This document shows positions 17,409 to 24,852 of a stretch of DNA of 32,000 nt, piece by piece. The first letter of the stretch is position 1. Each line of letters begins with the position of its first letter. Position numbers and translations under genes: made by a program. The notes beneath the pieces were generated by a model. The model made no database searches and was not told the origin of the DNA. It was given only the letters and a program-made list of their open reading frames with translations. Source of the DNA: Allocatelliglobosispora scoriae (GTDB taxonomy: Bacteria; Actinomycetota; Actinomycetes; Mycobacteriales; Micromonosporaceae). Location of the stretch: contig NZ_JACHMN010000002.1 of NCBI RefSeq assembly GCF_014204945.1, positions 974,503 to 1,006,502 of the forward strand. Reading direction: 5' to 3'.

Positions 17409-18704
17409 GTGCGTACCGCCATCGTGTTGTTCACCCGCGACCTGCGGGTGCGCGACAACCCCGCGCTGCATGCCGCCGTGGCCGCCGCCGACCGCGTCGT
17501 GCCGCTCTTCGTCGCCGACCCCGGCCTGCGCGTGCACCCGCACCGGCAGCGCTTCCTCGCCGAGTGCCTCGCCGACCTGCGCGAATCGCTCCGCCAGCGG
17601 GGCGGCGACCTGGTCGTGCGCCGAGGCGATCCGGTGGCCGAGGCGGTGAAGCTCGCCAGGCAGGTCGGCGCGTTCGGCATCGCCGCCTCCGCCGACGTCA
17701 GCGTCTATGCCCGGCGGCGCGAGCGGCGCCTCACCGACGCCTGCGCGGCTGAAGGGATCTCGCTGCGGCTGCACCCCGGGGTGACGATCGTCGAGCCGGG
17801 CGCGGTGCGTCCGTCGACGGGCGGCGACCACTACAAGGTCTTCACGCCCTACTGGCGGGCCTGGCAGCAGGTCACGCCCCGCGAGCGCGCCGCGACGCCG
17901 CGCACGATCGCCCTCCCCGACGGCGTCACCGGCGCCGATCCGCTCACCGTGCTCGGGCCGGTCCCGGCCGCGAACCCGCAGGCCGCGCGGGGCGGCGAGG
18001 CCGAGGCGCTGCGGCGCCTGAAGAGCTTCGATCCATCGGGGTACGCCGACCAGCACGACGACCTGCCCGGTGACGCGACATCGCGCCTGAGTTCCTACCT
18101 GCACTTCGGCTGCGTCTCCCCGCAGGCGGTCGCCTCCACGGTGGAGAACGAGGCGTTCGTCCGGCAGCTGTGCTGGCGGGACTTCTACCACCAGGTGCTG
18201 CACTCGTTCGGCGATCTGCCGTCGAAGGCCTACCGGACCGGTGCGGTCGAGGACTGGCGCACCGACGAGCACGCGCTGGACGCCTGGCGGGAGGGGCAGA
18301 CCGGCATCCCGATCGTCGACGCCGGGATGCGGCAGCTCGCGGCCGAGGGGTTCATGCACAACCGGGCCCGGATGATCACCGCTTCCTATCTGACCAAGCA
18401 GCTCGGGCTGGACTGGCGTGACGGTGCGGCGCACTTCATGCACCTGCTCACCGACGCCGATGTCGCCAACAACTTCGGCAACTGGCAGTGGATCGCGGGG
18501 ACCGGCAACGACACGAAGCCCTACCGGCGGTTCAATCCCCTGCGCCAGGCTGAGCGCTTCGACCCGGACGGCGACTACGTCCGGCGCTACATCCCGGAGC
18601 TCGCCGGTGTCGAGGGCAAGGCCGTGCACCGCCCGTGGCTGCTGAGCGGCGGCCTCTTAGGCACCGTCGACTACGCGAAGCCGCTGATCGACCCGCCCCA
18701 GTGA
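17409..18704 (+). CDS. phrB: Deoxyribodipyrimidine photo-lyase / cryptochrome family
   Basis: TAIVLFTRDLRVRDNPAL, CWRDFYHQVL, GIPIVDAGMRQLAAEGFMHNRARMITASYLTKQLGLDWRDGAAHFMHLLTDADVANNFGNWQWIAGTGND. Confidence 0.95.
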   Translation: MRTAIVLFTRDLRVRDNPALHAAVAAADRVVPLFVADPGLRVHPHRQRFLAECLADLRESLRQRGGDLVVRRGDPVAEAVKLARQVGAFGIAASADVSVYARRRERRLTDACAAEGISLRLHPGVTIVEPGAVRPSTGGDHYKVFTPYWRAWQQVTPRERAATPRTIALPDGVTGADPLTVLGPVPAANPQAARGGEAEALRRLKSFDPSGYADQHDDLPGDATSRLSSYLHFGCVSPQAVASTVENEAFVRQLCWRDFYHQVLHSFGDLPSKAYRTGAVEDWRTDEHALDAWREGQTGIPIVDAGMRQLAAEGFMHNRARMITASYLTKQLGLDWRDGAAHFMHLLTDADVANNFGNWQWIAGTGNDTKPYRRFNPLRQAERFDPDGDYVRRYIPELAGVEGKAVHRPWLLSGGLLGTVDYAKPLIDPPQ

Positions 18705-18709
18705 GCAGG

Positions 18710-18784
18710 ATCGCCGCAACTCTTCAAGAGTTGGTGCCTCAGGCCGCCGGGCCTTAGGACCAACTCTTGAAGAGTTGCGGCGAT
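18710..18784. terminator. Hairpin family B, copy 2; putative bidirectional terminator between convergent genes
   Basis: atcgccgcaactcttcaagagttggt (18710-18735) / accaactcttgaagagttgcggcgat (18759-18784): perfect 26-bp arms, 23-nt spacer. Confidence 0.88.
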
Positions 18785-18795
18785 CTCGCGCGGAC

Positions 18796-20256
<1,461 letters not shown>

Positions 20257-20286
20257 TCATGAGTTCCTTGGAAGGTAGCGGCTCCA

Positions 20287-20321
20287 GTGATGCATCACAA
20301 TATGTCAATTTAGTAGATTGA
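20287..20321. promoter_or_regulatory. Palindromes in the S1-protease / Crp divergent intergenic region
   Basis: Perfect 12-bp palindrome gtgatgcatcac (20287-20298); tcaat-N7-attga (20305-20321). Confidence 0.5.
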
Positions 20322-20347
20322 TGTGTCCTGCTCCGTCGTCATATACT
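20318..20347 (+). promoter_or_regulatory. Candidate promoter of the Crp/Fnr gene
   Basis: ttgatg (20318-20323), 18-nt spacer, tatact (20342-20347). Confidence 0.5.
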
Positions 20348-20374
20348 CCTCTCTCTCCTTCGAGGGGCGACGCT

Positions 20375-21070
20375 ATGAGACGACGACAGCCGGACCGGCG
20401 ACCGTGGCCGGCGGACAGCTTCCTCGCGGAACTCGCCCCCGACGATCTCGAAGCGCTCATCGCCGCGGGCACCACCCGTGTCTACGACCGCCAGGCGGTG
20501 CTGATCGCCGAGGGCGCCACCGATACCGAGGCACACCTGCTGCTCACCGGCTGCGTCCGGGTGGAGGGCCACACGTCGGCCGGATCCAGCACCCTGCTCG
20601 CCATCCGCATCGGCGGCGACATCGTCGGCGAGCTCGCGGCACTGCACGGCAACCCGCGCTCCACGACGGTCGTCGCCGTCACGCGTACGTCGGTGCGGGT
20701 CATCGACGGGCTGCGGTTCCGGGAGATCGTCAACGCCCGCCCGGCGATCGCGGCGGCCATCCAGCGGACCGTCAGCACCAAGCTGCTCGCCGCCACCCGC
20801 TACCGCATCGACGTGGGCTCCTCCTCCGTGCTCGCCCGGGTGGCGCGGGTCCTGCTGCACCTCGGCGAGGTCTACGGGCGGACCACCTCGCCGGGCACCC
20901 TGATCGACCTGCCGCTGAGCCAGCGCGACCTGTCGTCGCTGGTCGGCGCCGCCGAGCCTAGCGTCTACCGGGCCATCACCGACCTGCGCCGCATGGGGGC
21001 GCTCACCACCGGGTACCGCCGGATCGTCATCACCGACCACGCCCGGCTCCACAAGACCGCAGACTCCTGA
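20375..21070 (+). CDS. Crp/Fnr-family regulator with cyclic-nucleotide-binding domain
   Basis: cNMP cassette IVGELAALHGNPRSTTVVAV (GE...RST) and a C-terminal HTH, LPLSQRDLSSLVGAAEPSVYRAITDLRRMGAL. ATG at 20375. Confidence 0.9.
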   Translation: MRRRQPDRRPWPADSFLAELAPDDLEALIAAGTTRVYDRQAVLIAEGATDTEAHLLLTGCVRVEGHTSAGSSTLLAIRIGGDIVGELAALHGNPRSTTVVAVTRTSVRVIDGLRFREIVNARPAIAAAIQRTVSTKLLAATRYRIDVGSSSVLARVARVLLHLGEVYGRTTSPGTLIDLPLSQRDLSSLVGAAEPSVYRAITDLRRMGALTTGYRRIVITDHARLHKTADS

Positions 21071-21113
21071 ACGTGGCCACTTCTCGTCGGCTCCGGCTGA
21101 TAGAAATATCGCT

Positions 21114-22373
21114 ATGAATCCGTGGCTGATCGATCAGGTGGTCACCGATCCCGCGGCCATCGCGTCCTCGGCGGAGTGGGTCGCGGGGCTCGGCCCCCGC
21201 GGTGATCAGTTCGATCCCACGGTCCCGACATACGCGGTGCGGGTGCGGGAGATCGCGCTGCGGGAGCGGACCTGGCTACAGCTCCTGCGCGGGCCCGACG
21301 TGCGGATCGACATCCTGGCGATCCCGGGCAACCTCGCCTGGCACGAGATCAGCGACGGCGCGATCACCGCGCGATTCCCCGGCGTCGGCGGCGGCCGGCG
21401 GCTCCCCCTCGACGACCGGGGACTGCTCGCCTATTACGGCCAGCCGCAGCACTTCCTCTCCTTCGCCATGATCGCCTCATCGGACCGGCCCGGCACCGCC
21501 GACCTCCGGGATCTGCTGCGCCAGGACATCCACGCCGAGCGGCTCGCGACGGCCCGCGCCGCGTTCGCCGACGCGTCGACCGGCGACCCCGCGTCGCTCA
21601 GCGCAGCGCTGACGGCGGCGAAGTCGGCGACCGAGATCGCCTACCAGGCGGTGCGCTCGACCGGTGGCGCCGTCATCGGCGTCTACCGCGGCGACCGGCT
21701 GGAGTACCCCGATCTGTTCGGCCTCGGCCGCAACCCCGCCGACCACGACTCCTACGACCAGGGCGGCTTCTCGCTCTGGTACGAGGTGGTCGAGACCGCG
21801 CCGCAGGAGCCGGTCGGGCTGCAGAACCGGATGGTGATCGTCGCCGACGTCGCCGGCTACAGCCCTCGCCCCGAACCGCTGCAGGAGGAGATCCAGCACC
21901 GGCTGCACCGGCTGATGGCGCAGGTGGTCGCGGATCTGAAAGTACGCGAGGCCGGGGTGCAGCGGCAGCCCACGGGTGACGGCGTCAACGTGGTCCTGCC
22001 CGCGGACATCGACCACAGCACGGTCCTGCCGGTGCTGCTGCGCACGATGAAGACCCGGCTGGCCTACGACAACGCCGGGCACGACGACCAGATGCGGGTC
22101 CGCCTCGCGGTCCACATCGGAATGGTGCGCGTGGCGCCGCTGGGCTTCACCGGTGGCGGACTGGTCACCGCGAGCCGGTTGGTCGACAGCCTCGCACTGC
22201 GCACGGTGCTGCAGACGCGGCCGGAGCTGGAGCTGGCGGCGATCGTCTCCGACGTGGTGCACCACGATGTGGCGATACACGGATTCGCTGGTCTCGACCC
22301 GGCCGGATTCGAGGGCGCCGACGTGACCGTGAAGACGTTCCAGGGCAAGGGCTGGATCTGGGTCGCGGAGTGA
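21114..22373 (+). CDS. Protein with C-terminal class III nucleotidyl-cyclase-like domain
   Basis: MVIVADVAGYS (Asp245) and RQPTGDGVNVVLP (Asp289) match the metal-binding positions; VRLAVHIGMVRVAPLGFTGGGLVTASRLVDS follows. The N-terminal 230 aa are unassigned. Confidence 0.7.
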   Translation: MNPWLIDQVVTDPAAIASSAEWVAGLGPRGDQFDPTVPTYAVRVREIALRERTWLQLLRGPDVRIDILAIPGNLAWHEISDGAITARFPGVGGGRRLPLDDRGLLAYYGQPQHFLSFAMIASSDRPGTADLRDLLRQDIHAERLATARAAFADASTGDPASLSAALTAAKSATEIAYQAVRSTGGAVIGVYRGDRLEYPDLFGLGRNPADHDSYDQGGFSLWYEVVETAPQEPVGLQNRMVIVADVAGYSPRPEPLQEEIQHRLHRLMAQVVADLKVREAGVQRQPTGDGVNVVLPADIDHSTVLPVLLRTMKTRLAYDNAGHDDQMRVRLAVHIGMVRVAPLGFTGGGLVTASRLVDSLALRTVLQTRPELELAAIVSDVVHHDVAIHGFAGLDPAGFEGADVTVKTFQGKGWIWVAE

Positions 22374-22385
22374 CTCGGGGCCGGG

Positions 22386-22820
22386 TCACTGCTCCCGGCG
22401 ATAGAGGCGCAGCGCGACGGAGAGCTCCCCGGCGAGGACCGCGGTGCTCACCTGCCGGGGCAGCTCCGCCCAGCCCACGGCGGACTCCGCCTCGATCCGC
22501 CGGAACGTGCCGTCGGCTTCGGTGACGATCACCTCGATCGACCTGGTCGCCGGCTGCCGAGCGGCCGGCACCTCGTAGACGACCCGCAGGTGCACCAGCA
22601 CCGTGGTCAGCCAGGACACCACGGCCGGCTCCCGGCGCACCCGCCTGCGCAGCGGTTCGCCGCAGAGCTCGTAGGTCGCGGCGAGGGTGGCCGGGAAGTC
22701 CAGCCCGAGCTGCTCGGCGAGAATGCCCGCGATGGTGTGGATGACGCTCTCCCGCTCGGTCGGCGCGGTCCCCGCCGAATCGGTCATGAGCGCAGCCGCA
22801 ACCCCTGTCTCGTCCCGCAT
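22386..22820 (-). CDS. Uncharacterised protein of about 144 aa
   Basis: MRDETGVAAALMTDSAGTAPTERESVIHTIAGILAEQLGLDFPATLAATYELCGEPLRRRVRREPAVVSWLTTVLVHLRVVYEVPA...WAELPRQVSTAVLAGELSVALRLYRREQ. The start codon is uncertain; an in-frame GTG further upstream is possible. Confidence 0.55.
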   Translation of the reverse strand: MRDETGVAAALMTDSAGTAPTERESVIHTIAGILAEQLGLDFPATLAATYELCGEPLRRRVRREPAVVSWLTTVLVHLRVVYEVPAARQPATRSIEVIVTEADGTFRRIEAESAVGWAELPRQVSTAVLAGELSVALRLYRREQ

Positions 22821-22864
22821 CAGGCGCCCGGCGAGTAGGCGAGTCGCGACATTGGAAGCTCCAT
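22820..22864 (-). CDS. Possible 14-aa leader mini-ORF overlapping the next start codon
   Basis: GGGAGG (22874-22879 complement), 9 nt, ATG GAG CTT CCA ATG TCG CGA CTC GCC TAC TCG CCG GGC GCC TGA; the TGA overlaps the next ATG as TGATG. Confidence 0.4.
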   Translation of the reverse strand: MELPMSRLAYSPGA

Positions 22865-22940
22865 TTCCCCACGCCTCCCGATAGGCAGACCGGCGGCCAT
22901 TCTTGCTGCTCACAGCAAGAGTACGGATGTACGAGCCCAC

Positions 22941-22962
22941 AACCTTGCACGAACCTTGCAGG
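22941..22962 (-). promoter_or_regulatory. 11-bp direct repeats resembling a SARP binding box
   Basis: aaccttgcacg / aaccttgcagg (minus strand CCTGCAAGGTT-CGTGCAAGGTT), 10 of 11 identical, 9 nt from a TACATC -10-like hexamer (22926-22931 complement). Confidence 0.55.
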
Positions 22963-23088
22963 CGGCTCGGAGGCCCTTGAAGGCCCGGATCAGGCACCGT
23001 ACCGTCGAAATTACAAATAGCTTTCCGCACCCCCGCGAATAGCCATTGAGTACCATTCGGAGGTCGTCGTGGAATCACATTCATGAGA

Positions 23089-23125
23089 GAGGGGGAGCGG
23101 CACAGGACCGGTGCCACTCCCCCTC
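23089..23125 (-). terminator. Terminator-like hairpin after the JAMM gene
   Basis: gagggggagcggcac-type left arm (23089-23103) pairs with gtgccactccccctc (23111-23125), 15 bp with one mismatch; 15 nt past the stop. Confidence 0.7.
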
Positions 23126-23140
23126 CCCGATCCGGGCGGG

Positions 23141-24133
23141 CTACCTCTGCGGGACCTCCGCCGAGCCGTCCCGCCCGTCGCGATCGGCGACGCTGCTCAG
23201 CAGCTCGCTCACGACCGCCAGGCAGCGCCGAGGCGAGTTGTCCCCGCCGCAGTCGACGACCAGATCCGCGCCACCGGCTCGCAACCGGGCCGGTGAGGTG
23301 GGGAAGTCGAGCGGGAAGCTCAGCTCCCACGCCTCGTCGCCGGCGGTGAGGTGATAGGTCAGCGACAGTCCGGTGAGGACCAGCCTGCTGTCCGGGAAGC
23401 AGCGGCGCAGCTCGGCGTCGAAGACACGCAGGAAGCTCGAGCCCCACGGGCTGGCGTGCCAGCCGTCGGGCACCCGGCGAGCGGCGGTGCCGCCCGACTG
23501 GCCGGCCCGGTGGTCCGCACGCTCGACATGCCAGGCCGACCCCGCGCCGGCCGGGTCGGCGATGATGCGGTCGCGGCGGGCCGAGGCGGCGATGGGGCTC
23601 TCCCCCGGCAGCACGACGAACTGCCCCGCGCTGAACCCGCGCCGGTCCCGGTCGAAGAGGTAGGCGTGCAGGGTCACGACGAGGTCGTTTCCAGCCTGGC
23701 GCCGGACCGGTCCCCGGACCTCGGGCCGGCTGACCCGGCGGCGCGCGCCGACCTCGTCGACCCGGATGTTGGCGATGCAGACGAGGAAGCGCTGGAAACC
23801 GTTGGCCTGCAGCGTTCGGTAGACGGTCGACGCGTCGCCGCCGCTGGGCTCGGCGAGGTTGAGCCCGTGGTGCGAGTGCCAGTCCCCGATGTGCTGCAGC
23901 CCGTGCCGTGCCTGCAGCGCTCTGCCCCGCTCGCTCAGGTAGCGCACGTCCTGGAAGAACGCGGCGGTCTCGTGCCGCGCCTGCGGCCCGGGCCCGAGGG
24001 TGAGCTGCACCGCCGGGGAGCCGCTGTGCGTCCAGAACCCGAAGAGGTCGCCCCCGGTCTCGCGGTCCGGGTACTCCAGCACCCAGTCGGCGATCTCCTC
24101 CAGATCCTGCTCGTAGACCATCACCCGGAACAC
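23141..24133 (-). CDS. JAMM/MPN (JAB) metallopeptidase-like protein with about 200-aa C-terminal extension
   Basis: PDRETGGDLFGFW (E25), then GLQHIGDWHSHHGLNLAEPSGGDAS: His86, His88, Ser97, Asp100. This matches the JAMM pattern, with 8 residues between the second His and the Ser. Confidence 0.8.
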   Translation of the reverse strand: MFRVMVYEQDLEEIADWVLEYPDRETGGDLFGFWTHSGSPAVQLTLGPGPQARHETAAFFQDVRYLSERGRALQARHGLQHIGDWHSHHGLNLAEPSGGDASTVYRTLQANGFQRFLVCIANIRVDEVGARRRVSRPEVRGPVRRQAGNDLVVTLHAYLFDRDRRGFSAGQFVVLPGESPIAASARRDRIIADPAGAGSAWHVERADHRAGQSGGTAARRVPDGWHASPWGSSFLRVFDAELRRCFPDSRLVLTGLSLTYHLTAGDEAWELSFPLDFPTSPARLRAGGADLVVDCGGDNSPRRCLAVVSELLSSVADRDGRDGSAEVPQR

Positions 24134-24173
24134 GCCGCCACCACCTCGGCCAGGGTGGGCTGCAGCAGGTCGC

Positions 24174-24347
24174 TCATCGGAAATACCCGCTCACGGCGGC
24201 ATCGGTCGCGATCGTGTCGTCGGGCTGCGGCTCCCCGGTGACGACGAGCAGGCCGCTGCGCGTATCGAAGACCAGCTCCTGGCCCGCCCCGCCCGCCACG
24301 TCCCGCAGGGTCGAATCCACCCCCGCCGGTCTGATGCTGTCTGACAT
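24174..24347 (-). CDS. 57-aa uncharacterised protein encoded directly upstream of the JAMM gene
   Basis: AGGAGGAG ribosome-binding site followed by MSDSIRPAGVDSTLRDVAGGAGQELVFDTRSGLLVVTGEPQPDDTIATDAAVSGYFR*; 40-nt gap to the JAMM start. Confidence 0.65.
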   Translation of the reverse strand: MSDSIRPAGVDSTLRDVAGGAGQELVFDTRSGLLVVTGEPQPDDTIATDAAVSGYFR

Positions 24348-24470
24348 CCGCGCTCCTCCTGAACCGCCGGCGGCCGGGCCGCTCGGGCAGCCCGGCCGAT
24401 GGCTTCCTCCGTCAAGGATCGGACACCCGGACCGCCGGTTCTGAAGCGAACCTTGAATGGGCACGTAGAA

Positions 24471-24502
24471 GCGCTGCCGTGGCCATTCGGCCACGGCAGC
24501 GC
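24471..24502 (-). terminator. Perfect 14-bp hairpin downstream of the small exported peptide gene
   Basis: gcgctgccgtggcc (24471-24484) / attc / ggccacggcagcgc (24489-24502), 12 nt past the stop at 24515. Confidence 0.85.
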
Positions 24503-24514
24503 GGGTCAGGTGGA

Positions 24515-24703
24515 TCAGGCGTTACGCGGCGGGGCCGGCGAGCTGACCGGGGTCGTGTCGTAGGCGTTGATCGGGACCGTCGCGGGCACCCGGTCCTGCT
24601 CGGTCCCGGTGTGCTGCGCGTTGGCGGTGAGGTAGCCCGCGGCGGTCGTCACGATCAGCGCGGCGACGACGGCTGCCCGGCGGTATGTCTGCTGCATTTC
24701 CAT
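24515..24703 (-). CDS. 62-aa uncharacterised protein with single N-terminal hydrophobic segment
   Basis: MEMQQTYRRAAVVAALIVTTAAGYLTANAQHTGTEQDRVPATVPINAYDTTPVSSPAPPRNA*, preceded by GGAGGAAGGAC. An alternative start is at 24697. Confidence 0.6.
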   Translation of the reverse strand: MEMQQTYRRAAVVAALIVTTAAGYLTANAQHTGTEQDRVPATVPINAYDTTPVSSPAPPRNA

Positions 24704-24852
24704 GTCCTTCCTCCGGCCCCCGCTGGGGGCGCTGAACTTGCCTGGACATAGAAAACCCGAGGTGGGGGTACACGAACCACTGCACACGATCGAATCTGCG
24801 CAGACTTCGGCCACCGCGATGGTCCGGGAAGCGACACAGGGCGCCGTGAGCC

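Noticed and set aside
22386-24347. Ubiquitin-like conjugation system with E1/E2
   Set aside because: No ThiF/E1-like or E2-like protein is visible and the 57-aa protein does not end in Gly-Gly; only the JAMM component is supported.
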